This document shows positions 20,796-30,839 of a stretch of 64,000 nucleotides of DNA, piece by piece. Numbering within the stretch: position 1 is the first letter of the stretch; each line of letters starts with the position of its first letter. Source of the DNA: an uncultured virus (IMG/VR IMGVR_UViG_3300032268_000759). Its lineage: Duplodnaviria; Heunggongvirae; Uroviricota; Caudoviricetes. Made by a program: the position numbers and the translations under genes. The notes beneath the pieces were generated by a model, which was given only the letters and a program-made list of their open reading frames with translations, searched no databases and was not told where the DNA came from. The DNA lies in the IMG/VR virus record IMGVR_UViG_3300032268_000759, positions 32,001 through 96,000 of that record; one strand, 5' to 3'.

Positions 20796-21113
20796 ATGAA
20801 AATACAAGACTTACGTAAACTAATCAAAGAAGAAATACAAAACGTATTAAATGAAGCAACTGACTTCAAATCATTTACTGTTCTTCAACCAGGTGGATCT
20901 TGGTATGAAGTTAAATATGGTGCGGGTAAATCATTTATAGCTGCAGGTGTTGGCAAACCTGAAATGACATTAATAGGTTCAACTCCAGAAGAAAAAAAAG
21001 TTTTTGATGAAATAGCACAAATGATTGGAGGTCAAGTTCAAGAAAATGATGTATTTGGATTTGAACTATCTATTCCAGCAACTAAATTTAAAGAATTATT
21101 TAATGTACAATAA
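20796..21113 (+). CDS. putative head-packaged protein
   Basis: Leader MKIQDLRKLIKEEIQNVLNE. Confidence 0.5.
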   Translation: MKIQDLRKLIKEEIQNVLNEATDFKSFTVLQPGGSWYEVKYGAGKSFIAAGVGKPEMTLIGSTPEEKKVFDEIAQMIGGQVQENDVFGFELSIPATKFKELFNVQ

Positions 21114-21118
21114 CTAAT

Positions 21119-21670
21119 ATGAAAAAACAAATATTAAACGAAGAATTTCGTAGAATGAAAAAAATTGCAGGTTTAATCACTGAAAACGAAATTAGTGAAG
21201 AAACCCTAACTGAAAACAAATACAGAGCATCAGATTTTCCTGAAGTAACTGGATTTGAAGAAGATAATAATAGGATAATCATTACTTTTTCTGACAATAC
21301 TAAAGATTTAATTGAACCAAGAAATTTTGCTAATAAAGAAGTAGGATACTCTAAATTCCTTGAGTTATTAAATACTATGGATACTGATCCTAAAGCTAAA
21401 CAAGCAGTAAGTGATTTTTTAGAAATCAAAAGATTTAATGTAATTAGTACAAGTGACATTAATAAACTTTTAGCTGATAATGGTGTAGATGAAGAATATT
21501 ATGCAGGTATGGGTGGTAAAGAAATTGAAGGAGGAACAGAGGAATGGTTAGATATATTATCTGATATTACTGGTAAAGACGCTTATAGTGGAGAATTCAG
21601 TAAAAAAGATGATATGAAAATACAAACATTCATGAATCATCTAAGTCGTTTAGGTATTGAAGTAGTATAA
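21119..21670 (+). CDS. putative head-packaged protein
   Basis: Leader MKKQILNEEFRRMKKIAGLITE resembles scaffold C-terminus. Confidence 0.55.
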   Translation: MKKQILNEEFRRMKKIAGLITENEISEETLTENKYRASDFPEVTGFEEDNNRIIITFSDNTKDLIEPRNFANKEVGYSKFLELLNTMDTDPKAKQAVSDFLEIKRFNVISTSDINKLLADNGVDEEYYAGMGGKEIEGGTEEWLDILSDITGKDAYSGEFSKKDDMKIQTFMNHLSRLGIEVV

Positions 21671-21681
21671 AAAATATAAGT

Positions 21682-21716
21682 AAGCTTGGTTCGCCAAGCT
21701 TTCTTTATTATATTAC
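21682..21716 (+). promoter_or_regulatory. terminator hairpin overlapping Bacteroidota-type promoter
   Basis: AAGCTTGG-TTCG-CCAAGCTT 21682-21701 plus T-tract; CTTG 21685, N20, TATATTAC 21709. Confidence 0.7.
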
Positions 21717-21721
21717 TGCTA

Positions 21722-22645
21722 ATGGTAAACCAACTATTAGTTACATTAATAAATTCTGTACTTGGTACAGGTAAGTCAACATCAAGAGGTAATTATGCTT
21801 ATACTTGCCCGAGTTGCCACCACCATAAACCAAAACTAGAGATATGTTTAGATGAAACTAGTCCTGATTTTCAAAAATTTGGATGTTGGGTTTGTAAGGT
21901 TAAAGGTAAAAAACTAATTAATTTATTTAAATTAGTTGGAGCTCACTCAGATGTGATGTTAGAGCTTAAATCATTAGTTAAAAACGTCACACCCGTTGAA
22001 CAAAGACAACTTGAGGAAATTAAAGTTATATTACCTGAAGAGTTTAAATCTGTACTTAATTCTACAACATTATCATCAAAACAAGCTTTGTCATATCTAA
22101 AAGGACGAGGCATAACAGAAGATGATATTATTAAATATAATATAGGTTATTGTGAGTCAGGACTATATTCAAATATGATTATTATACCATCATATAATGA
22201 ATCTGGTTCTTTAAATTATTTTGTTGGTAGAAGTTTTATACATGACTCAGATAGAAAACTTAACCCAGATGTATCTAGAGATATAATACCATTTGAAATA
22301 TTCATTAACTGGAATTCACCTATAATATTATGTGAAGGAATGTTTGATGCTATAACAATTAAACGAAATGCTATACCATTATTAGGTAAAAATTTACAGT
22401 CAAAATTAATGAAAAAAATTGTTACTTCAACTGTAAAGAAAATATATATAGCATTAGATAAAGATGCTATAAAACAAGCACTTGATTTTTGTGAACAATT
22501 AATAAATGAAGGAAAAACAGTTTACTTAGTAGAATTAACAGATAAAGATCCAAATGAAATAGGTTTTAAACAATTTACAACACTAATCCAAAACACGTTC
22601 CCGTTAACCTATTCAGGACTGTTAGAAAAAAAATTATCATTATGA
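21722..22645 (+). CDS. DNA primase
   Basis: Zn finger CPSC..HH..CWVC; TOPRIM LCEGMFDA, ALDKDA, KDPNE; ATG at 21722. Confidence 0.9.
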   Translation: MVNQLLVTLINSVLGTGKSTSRGNYAYTCPSCHHHKPKLEICLDETSPDFQKFGCWVCKVKGKKLINLFKLVGAHSDVMLELKSLVKNVTPVEQRQLEEIKVILPEEFKSVLNSTTLSSKQALSYLKGRGITEDDIIKYNIGYCESGLYSNMIIIPSYNESGSLNYFVGRSFIHDSDRKLNPDVSRDIIPFEIFINWNSPIILCEGMFDAITIKRNAIPLLGKNLQSKLMKKIVTSTVKKIYIALDKDAIKQALDFCEQLINEGKTVYLVELTDKDPNEIGFKQFTTLIQNTFPLTYSGLLEKKLSL

Positions 22646-23409
22646 GTCAAATAAAACACTCTTACAATCGTATCTTAGAAATATCAGACGATCACAAACA
22701 AATCACATTGCCTGATTCAAGATATTATAGACGAAATGGAGAATATTATCCAAGTGTTACATATGTTTTAGGTTATTATCCAAAAGGTAAATTTTTTGAA
22801 GATTGGTTAAAAAAAGTTGGTTACTCAGCTGAACATATTGTTAAAAAAGCAGCTGATGAAGGTACTCAAGTTCATGAGATGATTGAGGAATATCTTGAAG
22901 GTAAAGAATTAAGTTATTTAAATCAACATGGTGCTCCATCAATGCATCCTGATGTTTGGGTAATGTTTTTAAAATTTGTTGAATTTTGGGAAACATATAA
23001 TCCAAAACTTATTGAAACTGAAGTACATTTATTTTCAGACGAGCTTAAAGTAGCTGGTACATGTGATATGATTTGTGAAATTGATGGTAAGTTATGGTTA
23101 ATAGATTTTAAAACATCAAATCATATCCAATTAACATATCAATTACAAACAGCAGTATATGGTCAATGTTACAAAGAATGTTATGGAAAAACTATTGATA
23201 ACTATGGTGTGTTATGGTTGAAATCATCTAAACGTAAACTTAATAAAGAAAAAATGTCTGGTAAAGGTTGGGAAATAGTAGCATCAGAACGTACTCATGA
23301 AGAAAATATTGAAATATTTAAAACTGTGAAACGTTTATTTGATTTAGAAAATCCAAACAGTTCACCAATATTTACTGAATTTAAAACAACTGCTAAACGA
23401 ACTTTATAG
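22642..23409 (+). CDS. PD-(D/E)xK exonuclease
   Basis: YPSVTYVL, GTQVH, E..AGTCD..IDFKTS, QTAVY. Confidence 0.85.
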   Translation: MSQIKHSYNRILEISDDHKQITLPDSRYYRRNGEYYPSVTYVLGYYPKGKFFEDWLKKVGYSAEHIVKKAADEGTQVHEMIEEYLEGKELSYLNQHGAPSMHPDVWVMFLKFVEFWETYNPKLIETEVHLFSDELKVAGTCDMICEIDGKLWLIDFKTSNHIQLTYQLQTAVYGQCYKECYGKTIDNYGVLWLKSSKRKLNKEKMSGKGWEIVASERTHEENIEIFKTVKRLFDLENPNSSPIFTEFKTTAKRTL

Positions 23410-23434
23410 TTCTAATTTTCATAAATATTTATAG

Positions 23435-23470
23435 GAGACTTGGCATCCCCAAGTCTCTTCATTATATTTA
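23435..23470 (+). promoter_or_regulatory. hairpin overlapping Bacteroidota-type promoter
   Basis: GAGACTTGG-CATCC-CCAAGTCTC; CTTG 23439, N20, TATATTTA 23463. Confidence 0.65.
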
Positions 23471-23475
23471 CATCG

Positions 23476-24300
23476 ATGATAAAACTTGTAGACCTATTAT
23501 TAGAAATATCCCAAAATAAAATGGTAGTCATGGCTGGTGGAGCTGGGGCAGGTAAATCGTATTTACTTAATAAAGTAAAATCTAAAGAACCAAACATAAA
23601 AATACTTAATCCTGATTCATATATTGAGGACAAAAATAGTCCAATGTATAATAACTTAACAAAAGCATCATCACAAATTGATGATGTGGATGTACCTAAT
23701 GCTATAAGTAGAGGTGAATCATTTATTTGGGACACAACAGCATCTAATGCTGCTAAAATGATTGGTGGTGAATATCGTCGTAAACAAGTAAAAGGAATAT
23801 TAAATACTGAAGGTTATGATGAGATGATGGTAATGGTTTATACACATCCTATAGTGTCATTTTTACGTAACTTTAAACGTGAACGTAAAGTACCTACAGT
23901 AGGTGTATTATCAACTTGGAATAATGTTTATGGTAATATAGACACATATAAGTCGAAATTAGGCGATAATTTTATATTGTATCAAGCGCCTGATAAAGAA
24001 TACGCTAAAGAAATACAGGCGTTTAACTCAGCGATTTCTAACGGAAAATTAAATGACTATTTCTCAAACTTGTTATCAACAGGTGAATATGCTTCAACAT
24101 TTAGAAAAGACAAACCTGAACCACAAACACCAGAAGAAATAGAAAAAGCTGAAAAAGCTAAAGAACAATCAAAAGCTTTAGTTAACACTCAGATTGATAG
24201 ACTTGAAAAAGAGTTTATGAATATTGAAAATAAAATCAAAGATTCTATCATAACTGATGAGAATGAAGTAGTAAACAGAATAGTTAACTTTATAAAATGA
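23476..24300 (+). CDS. P-loop kinase (zeta-toxin/AAA_33-like)
   Basis: MAGGAGAGKS, LNPD, IWDTT, RNFKRER; leader MIKLVDLLLE; ATG at 23476. Confidence 0.7.
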   Translation: MIKLVDLLLEISQNKMVVMAGGAGAGKSYLLNKVKSKEPNIKILNPDSYIEDKNSPMYNNLTKASSQIDDVDVPNAISRGESFIWDTTASNAAKMIGGEYRRKQVKGILNTEGYDEMMVMVYTHPIVSFLRNFKRERKVPTVGVLSTWNNVYGNIDTYKSKLGDNFILYQAPDKEYAKEIQAFNSAISNGKLNDYFSNLLSTGEYASTFRKDKPEPQTPEEIEKAEKAKEQSKALVNTQIDRLEKEFMNIENKIKDSIITDENEVVNRIVNFIK

Positions 24301-25757
24301 GTTTAGGTAAATACTTAGCAGAAATTATAATAGAACCAACTCCTAAAAAAGTGGCTTTATATCCTGGTGCTTTTAAACCACCACATAAAGGACATTTTGA
24401 GTTAGTTCAACGTCTATCTAAAGTATCAGATGAAGTATTAGTCATTATATCTCCTATAGCTCGTGATGGTATCACAGCTGAACAATCTTTAAGTGCTTGG
24501 AAATTATATTTACCATTTTTACCTAAAGCAAAAGTAGTAATATCAAATGTATCTTCTCCTGTATCATATGTTTATGATTATGTAAAATCAAATCCACAAC
24601 AAGATATTCAAGTAGCATTTGGTAAAGATGAAGGTGAAAGATATAAAGCCTTTTTAAACAAAGAAAAATATCCAAATGTAAAAGTTTATGATGCTGGTAA
24701 TATAGGAAGTTTAAGTGCATCTGGTTTACGTGCAGCTATAAAATCTAATAATCCAGTTGATATAGCTAAATTTTTACCACAAGGTATAGAAGTAAATGAT
24801 TTTTTAAATGCTTTAAAACTTAGTCCAAGAACTGAACCTACATTTAATAGTATAAATGAAAATATATCTGACCCAGATTTTACAAATGCATTAGCTAGTA
24901 TAACTAAACATTATGTTGATAATGGATACAATGTAAAACCATTACCTAAAGTAAAAATAATAAGTAATGATGAAGTAAACGCTTCTAATATGTTAGGTAA
25001 AACAGCATATTATGATCCAACAAATAAATCAATTACTTTATTTACAGCTGGGAGACATCCAAAAGATATATTACGCTCATTCTCACATGAGATGATACAT
25101 CATATACAAAACTTAGAAAATAGATTAAATAATATTACTACTACCAACACAACTGAAGATGATTATTTAAGCCAATTAGAACAAGAAGCTTACTTAAACG
25201 GTAATATGAATTTTAGGAATTGGGAGGATGGTATTAAAAATAAGGTTATGAACGAACAACAAACAACAAATAAATACCGTATATTCTGTGATATGGATGG
25301 TGTATTAGTAGACTTTGACAAAGGTTATGAAGATTTAACAGGTTTACATACCAAACATGTTGATGTGCAAGATAGTAATGAGTTTTGGAACAAATTTAGA
25401 GAAGGATTAAAAGAAAAAAACATAGGTGAATTAGAATATTGGTCTAGATTAGACTGGATGTCTGATGGAAAAGAATTATGGAACTATATTAAACAATATA
25501 ACCCATATGTGTTAACAGCTCCATCTCGTGATCCTCAATCAAGAGAAGGTAAACGAGCTTGGGCTGAACGTTTAGATAATATGAAAAATATTTATTTTAA
25601 AGCAGCAGCATTTAAATCTGAATATGCTGCTCCAAATCGAATACTTATTGATGATAGAGCAGATACCATTGAAAAATGGAATAAAAATGGAGGTATAGGT
25701 ATATTACATACATCTACATCTGATACAATTGAACAACTTAAAAAATTAGGACTATAA
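24297..25757 (+). CDS. fusion of HxGH nucleotidyltransferase, zincin-like peptidase and HAD 5'-nucleotidase
   Basis: YPGAFKPPHKGH; RSFSHEMIHH..EQEAY; FCDMDGVLVDF..LIDD. Confidence 0.8.
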   Translation: MSLGKYLAEIIIEPTPKKVALYPGAFKPPHKGHFELVQRLSKVSDEVLVIISPIARDGITAEQSLSAWKLYLPFLPKAKVVISNVSSPVSYVYDYVKSNPQQDIQVAFGKDEGERYKAFLNKEKYPNVKVYDAGNIGSLSASGLRAAIKSNNPVDIAKFLPQGIEVNDFLNALKLSPRTEPTFNSINENISDPDFTNALASITKHYVDNGYNVKPLPKVKIISNDEVNASNMLGKTAYYDPTNKSITLFTAGRHPKDILRSFSHEMIHHIQNLENRLNNITTTNTTEDDYLSQLEQEAYLNGNMNFRNWEDGIKNKVMNEQQTTNKYRIFCDMDGVLVDFDKGYEDLTGLHTKHVDVQDSNEFWNKFREGLKEKNIGELEYWSRLDWMSDGKELWNYIKQYNPYVLTAPSRDPQSREGKRAWAERLDNMKNIYFKAAAFKSEYAAPNRILIDDRADTIEKWNKNGGIGILHTSTSDTIEQLKKLGL

Positions 25758-26164
25758 TGATAAAAAGATTAGTAACAGACTCACCAGAAACATTAAACAT
25801 ATTAGTGAATAATGTTAAAACTTTATTTACTAAAAAAGATAGTACAGGTAAACCATACAAGTACTCAACTAAAATTTCAACTGAAAAACGCAAATTTCAA
25901 AATCCAGATACTAAACAAATTGAAGAAAAGGATATTGAAGTACTAACTATCACTGATGTTGAAAGTAAAGATGTGGTAACAGTTAAAATGATACCACTTA
26001 TTAAACCAGGAGAAATGCGTTTTGAAATTGGTGGAGAAGGTGAAACTACAGTTGGATCTAAAATAAAAGATACAGTTATAGGTAAAGGTCAATGGAAAGA
26101 TTATTCTAAAGATACTTTAAAAACTAAGTTAACTGAAAATATTGTAAAAAAATTAAAACAATAA
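25757..26164 (+). CDS. hypothetical protein
   Basis: Coupled ORF. Confidence 0.55.
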   Translation: MIKRLVTDSPETLNILVNNVKTLFTKKDSTGKPYKYSTKISTEKRKFQNPDTKQIEEKDIEVLTITDVESKDVVTVKMIPLIKPGEMRFEIGGEGETTVGSKIKDTVIGKGQWKDYSKDTLKTKLTENIVKKLKQ

Positions 26165-26721
26165 TGTTAAATAAAGAGTTTCAAAAAAAAGATGTACAAC
26201 GTCTTCGTAATATTGTTCAAGGTAAATATGGAGATAAAACTGTTGTAGGTGTTGGTTATACTAAAAAATATGAAAATCATATTGAAGGAGATATATGGGA
26301 AGAAAATGGACGTACATGGACTATTAAGAATAGTATTAAACAAAATATAACTAAATTAGATAAAGCTAAAGAGTTATATGCTATGCCTATATTATGTCCT
26401 AAATGTAGTAAACCAATGAAATCTCATATAGATAAACCATTCTATAATATTCATAAGCAATGTATGAATTGTGTTGTTGAGTTTGAAACTAAATTAAAAA
26501 TAGAAGGTAAGTGGGAAGAATATCAAAAACAAATTCATAACTCAGAAATTGATAATGTAATTAATGAATTTAAAGTTTGGTCTCAAGAAGAACTAGATGA
26601 ATCAATAGAATCATTTGTAACTGAAGGAGGTGTTGTTGAAAAGTGGCAAGGAGGTAATAAAAATATTGTTAAACAAAATATAGAAGATTCTATAAAATTT
26701 TTGGAAACTCTTAAAAAATAA
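26164..26721 (+). CDS. zinc-binding hypothetical protein
   Basis: CPKC...CMNC. Confidence 0.6.
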   Translation: MLNKEFQKKDVQRLRNIVQGKYGDKTVVGVGYTKKYENHIEGDIWEENGRTWTIKNSIKQNITKLDKAKELYAMPILCPKCSKPMKSHIDKPFYNIHKQCMNCVVEFETKLKIEGKWEEYQKQIHNSEIDNVINEFKVWSQEELDESIESFVTEGGVVEKWQGGNKNIVKQNIEDSIKFLETLKK

Positions 26722-26758
26722 TTTTCCTATGTTTCACCTAATAAATTAAATATGGATA

Positions 26759-26980
26759 GTGATAAACAAGCAACAAAAGACGAACCTCGAAGTATTATCT
26801 CAAATATTATTAATGGTAGGAATGTTTTTCAATCCATTAGGTTTCGATATCCTTTTTTATTCAGTGATGAAACTCACGAATTCTTATTGGATTACAACAT
26901 CTCTTTTCTACCTGGCATCAGCGTCATGCTTTGGTGTTTATTACTTTTTGCGTAAAAAATTAAAGAATAATAAATCTTAA
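26759..26980 (+). CDS. small membrane protein
   Basis: Two hydrophobic segments and basic C-tail; GTG start. Confidence 0.5.
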   Translation: MINKQQKTNLEVLSQILLMVGMFFNPLGFDILFYSVMKLTNSYWITTSLFYLASASCFGVYYFLRKKLKNNKS

Positions 26981-27006
26981 CATATTTATATATAAATAAT
27001 AATACA

Positions 27007-27819
27007 ATGAACAATCAATTTAAAAGAATGCAAAAACTCGCTGGTCTAATTACTGAAGGTGAAGCTGCATACGAATATGAAAAAGGTAAAGAAGCTGGGG
27101 AAAAAGCTGAAAAGAAAAAAATGAAAAAATCTGAACTTAAAAAACAGATTAAAGAAATGATTTTAGCTGAGATAGATATTGATTTATCTAACACTGATAG
27201 TTTTTATGATTTCTTAGCTGAAGGAGAATTAACAGCTGATTCATTATATAAGATGTTTGAAAAAGAAGGTCTAATTGATGATAGACGTGAATATGATGAA
27301 GAAGATTTAATGGCTGCTTACCCTGGTTTATCTCAATCTGAAGCTGAAAAATTAGTAAATAAAATATCAGATGGGCTAAACGAAGCCAAGAAAAAGAAAA
27401 AAGATAAAGACAAAGAAGTTGAAGACGTTGAAATAGACACAGACGTTGATATGGGTGACAAAATGGATATGGGTGCCGAAATGAACACCACACCAGTTCC
27501 AGCAGCATCAGACGTTCAAAAAGAACTAATGGACGCGTTAGAAGCAGCTAAAGCATCAGGCGACGAAAAGTTAGTTCGTCAAATCGGAAATGCGTTAACA
27601 TACTTCACTCGTAGTCAAGTATCTAAAGACGAAAATCCACCATCAATGAATGAGGAAATAAGTATGGAAGCTATAGATAGACTAGAAGGTTTAGCTAATA
27701 TGCAAGATTTAGCTGTACTAAAAGCTAAACTTCGTATCTTATCTTCAGATTGGATGCAAGATGGATTTGAGAAAGAAGATATTATTGAATATATAACTGA
27801 ACTTATAAACCAAATATAA
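27007..27819 (+). CDS. putative head-packaged acidic protein
   Basis: QFKRMQKLAGLITE and MKKSELKKQIKE motifs. Confidence 0.55.
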   Translation: MNNQFKRMQKLAGLITEGEAAYEYEKGKEAGEKAEKKKMKKSELKKQIKEMILAEIDIDLSNTDSFYDFLAEGELTADSLYKMFEKEGLIDDRREYDEEDLMAAYPGLSQSEAEKLVNKISDGLNEAKKKKKDKDKEVEDVEIDTDVDMGDKMDMGAEMNTTPVPAASDVQKELMDALEAAKASGDEKLVRQIGNALTYFTRSQVSKDENPPSMNEEISMEAIDRLEGLANMQDLAVLKAKLRILSSDWMQDGFEKEDIIEYITELINQI

Positions 27820-27824
27820 ACAAA

Positions 27825-27992
27825 ATGAAACAAGAGTTATTTGAAAAAATGCATCAAACATGGGATATGTTTGTAGTAGAGCACAATGGTACAAGTAAAG
27901 CTGCTCAAGGTCGCGCAAGAAAATTATCAAGCGAACTAAAAAAGTTAGCTGCTGAATACAAAAAAGTATCAGTTGCTGAAGCGAAAGCATAA
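27825..27992 (+). CDS. histone H1-like (Hc1 family) protein
   Basis: Read by hand: MKQELFEKMHQTWDMFVVEHNGTSKAAQGRARKLSSELKKLAAEYKKVSVAEAKA; KAAxxRARK motif; absent from ORF track. Confidence 0.75.
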   Translation: MKQELFEKMHQTWDMFVVEHNGTSKAAQGRARKLSSELKKLAAEYKKVSVAEAKA

Positions 27993-28026
27993 TGAAGGTG
28001 GAGGACTTATATAGTCCTCCCTTCAT
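27992..28026 (+). terminator. hairpin after Hc1-like gene
   Basis: GGAGGACT-TATAT-AGTCCTCC extended by ATGAAG/CTTCAT. Confidence 0.55.
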
Positions 28027-28045
28027 ATTTAAAATAAAAAATACT

Positions 28046-29140
28046 ATGAAAAAATCAGAATTAAAAGAATATATTAAAGAACTTTATTCATCTAAAGATG
28101 AAACATTAAATGAAGAGTTTAATCCAGCTGACAAAATAATGATGGATGTTCCATTATTTATTCGTTTATTAGAATATGCTCGTGAAGATGCTAAAACTGA
28201 TATGGATTTACATAATATAACTGAAAAAGCTATTAGTTTAAGTACAGAAGATAAAGTATTAACTATGTCTGACTACAATAGTATTGTAGGTGGTTTAAAT
28301 GAAGGAATAGCTGGATCTCCTGGTTTATCTCAAATAGCAGATGAAATATACGCTAAGATGCCTAAAGAAGGATCTTATGATGCTTTTAAAGAAACTCAAA
28401 AGCATATTAAAGTATATAACTTAAGTCCTGAAGAAGAAAAACAAGTATATGCTATCATTAGAGACAAAGAAAATGACAATCTAGCAGAATCAGCTATTGG
28501 TGAAAAGAAATTAACATCTGCTGAGTTAAAAAAACGTGAAGAAATAGTTAAATCAATGAAAGATACTTTTAAAGGTCCTAAAGCAGCTATGTATGCTATA
28601 GCAACTGATAAAGCTAAAAGAGTAGCTGAAGATTTAGATATTGGTCATGAAGATGATGAGCCAGCAATGTTAAAAGCTGATGTTTATCGTATAATGGAAT
28701 ACGCTGAAGAATTATATAAAATGCTAAATACATTTGATCAAATATCAGGTGAAGTAGATTTTCCAGATTGGTGGCAATCAAAAATTCATATAGCAGCAGA
28801 AAATATGGATAAAGCTAAACATTATTTAGAATTTGAAATGAAACAATCTAGTATGGATAATAAGGTTAATATGTCTGCTTTAGCAGAAGTTATAGCTAAA
28901 AAATTAAAAGAATCAGCAGGTGGTACTTTAGATTTTGCTAGTGGTAAATTATCTAAACCAACCCCAAAAGAAGGTGAAGTATACTTAAAAGACTTAAAAC
29001 CAGGTGACAAATTTTCTACTGGTAAATTAGAATATGTAGTAGTAAATTCTGAAAAGGGTGATCGTGGAGTAGGAGTAAAATACTCAGATGGAACTGGCAA
29101 TATGAATTTCAGAGGAGATGTGATTGTTAAAAAGAAATAA
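28046..29140 (+). CDS. putative head-packaged multi-module protein
   Basis: Start MKKSELKEYIKE; modules separated by LNE/LAE/LKE. Confidence 0.55.
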   Translation: MKKSELKEYIKELYSSKDETLNEEFNPADKIMMDVPLFIRLLEYAREDAKTDMDLHNITEKAISLSTEDKVLTMSDYNSIVGGLNEGIAGSPGLSQIADEIYAKMPKEGSYDAFKETQKHIKVYNLSPEEEKQVYAIIRDKENDNLAESAIGEKKLTSAELKKREEIVKSMKDTFKGPKAAMYAIATDKAKRVAEDLDIGHEDDEPAMLKADVYRIMEYAEELYKMLNTFDQISGEVDFPDWWQSKIHIAAENMDKAKHYLEFEMKQSSMDNKVNMSALAEVIAKKLKESAGGTLDFASGKLSKPTPKEGEVYLKDLKPGDKFSTGKLEYVVVNSEKGDRGVGVKYSDGTGNMNFRGDVIVKKK

Positions 29141-29164
29141 TCAAATTTCTATAAATTAAAAATA

Positions 29165-29602
29165 ATGACTAAACAAGAACTAATAGATAAAATTAAGTCA
29201 ATAGCTAAAGAAAAATATGAGCCACAAATTACATTTGTGTCTGGTATGAAATTTACAGCTATTCAAGCATATCCTAAATTGCATGATGTGCTTGTTGAAT
29301 TAATGACTAATGCTTATGAAATATTTGTTGTTGATGTTGAATGGGTAGCCCCAAAACCAACAACATTTAGAATTCAATTAGCTAATGGTGAATATTTTTT
29401 CTTAACTAATACAGATAGAACTTGGATAGCAACAGTAGAAGGTAAAAAATTCTATATGCTAAATTTAAATGAAAAACAAGATGCTATTAATTCTATAGCT
29501 CGTGTGTTAAGATACGGTAAAACTAAATCAGAAATTGAAGCAACAAAAACAACTGAAAAAACTTCAACTGAAGAAATCCCAGAAGAATTACCAGCAGCCT
29601 AA
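29165..29602 (+). CDS. hypothetical protein
   Basis: Leader MTKQELIDKIKSIAKE. Confidence 0.55.
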   Translation: MTKQELIDKIKSIAKEKYEPQITFVSGMKFTAIQAYPKLHDVLVELMTNAYEIFVVDVEWVAPKPTTFRIQLANGEYFFLTNTDRTWIATVEGKKFYMLNLNEKQDAINSIARVLRYGKTKSEIEATKTTEKTSTEEIPEELPAA

Positions 29603-29613
29603 AATAAAATAAA

Positions 29614-30828
29614 ATGGATGTATTAGATTTGTTTTTTAAAAAATATTCTTATAAATTTCCTAAAGGATATCCTGACATGAATAATGAGCAGGATATCTTA
29701 TTACTTGAAAATATATTAAATGAACTAGGTGTAGATCTAAATGAAGGATCAGTTATGAATAATTCTGCTAAAGCTATTAAGAAAATTCTTAATTCTCCAG
29801 AAGGAAAACAATATAATTTTAAATTACAAACTGCAAGTAATAGATTAGGTAATTTAGATAAAATATCTAAAGAAGATTTTTTAAATATACTTAACTCTGT
29901 ATTTCCAAATATTAAAATTATAGTACATGCCCCAGGTGAAGGTCCTAATATTAAGCCTAAAGGTAGTTCTAAATTTAATATGTATGAATTCAATACTGAA
30001 GATGGTAAGGTACAAATTATATTATCTGGTGGAGCAAATGAAGGAGAAAAATACGAACAATCATTTACTAGTGATTTAAAAGCATCAGCAGGTCAATCAT
30101 TAGAAAGTATTGAAAATGAAAATGTTAAAAAATTATTTCAATCATTAAATATTGATCCTAAAAATTTAACACCTGAGGATATTGATTTTGCTGGTACGGC
30201 TGATACAAAACGATCTCTTAGTTTTACCAACCCAGAGAATATTGGTAAAAAAATAGCTGATGTTATTATAAAATATAAAGGTAAAGAATATTATATATCA
30301 TTAAAAAATATTTCAGGACATACTTTCTATAATGGAGGTAATGTTCCATTTATAGTATTTGATGAAAATAATAAAGTAGTCTTTGATAAATCTAAATATA
30401 ATAATAATGAAATAATTAAAACATTATTTGAAATATTTAATATAGATATTAATAAAGTAACCCAAGGATTAAATGAATATATAGCTGGAGAAGGTAACAT
30501 TTCTAATAGTTTTGAACCAGTTAATAATATTAATGTTAATGCTGTTAAAAATATGATAACATCAGGTTTTGGATATGGTTACTATTATGTTAAAGAAAAA
30601 AAAGATGGTTTAAGTGTAATATCTCTTTTAACACAAGAAGACGCGTATAGAGCTATAGGAGATATATCATCTGCTTCTATAAAATATCCTAATTCTGAAA
30701 CAAAATCTCTAACTATTAAAGTACCTTTAGATAGTGAAATATTTGGAAAGGTAGATTGTTTAATAGAAATAAGAAATACAACAGGTAATGTTTTACCATT
30801 ATCTCTTAAAATAAAAACTAACAAGTAA
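29614..30828 (+). CDS. PD-(D/E)xK restriction-endonuclease-like protein
   Basis: GEKYE...KIADVII...YISLK catalytic-like pattern. Confidence 0.55.
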   Translation: MDVLDLFFKKYSYKFPKGYPDMNNEQDILLLENILNELGVDLNEGSVMNNSAKAIKKILNSPEGKQYNFKLQTASNRLGNLDKISKEDFLNILNSVFPNIKIIVHAPGEGPNIKPKGSSKFNMYEFNTEDGKVQIILSGGANEGEKYEQSFTSDLKASAGQSLESIENENVKKLFQSLNIDPKNLTPEDIDFAGTADTKRSLSFTNPENIGKKIADVIIKYKGKEYYISLKNISGHTFYNGGNVPFIVFDENNKVVFDKSKYNNNEIIKTLFEIFNIDINKVTQGLNEYIAGEGNISNSFEPVNNINVNAVKNMITSGFGYGYYYVKEKKDGLSVISLLTQEDAYRAIGDISSASIKYPNSETKSLTIKVPLDSEIFGKVDCLIEIRNTTGNVLPLSLKIKTNK

Positions 30829-30839
30829 TATTTATCAAC

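Noticed and set aside
22642-23409. Cas4 as sign of a CRISPR system
   Set aside because: Stand-alone phage exonuclease coupled to primase; no array or other cas genes
26752-26955. Alternative-frame ORF overlapping 26759..26980
   Set aside because: The other frame gives a coherent membrane protein ending just before the next promoter motif
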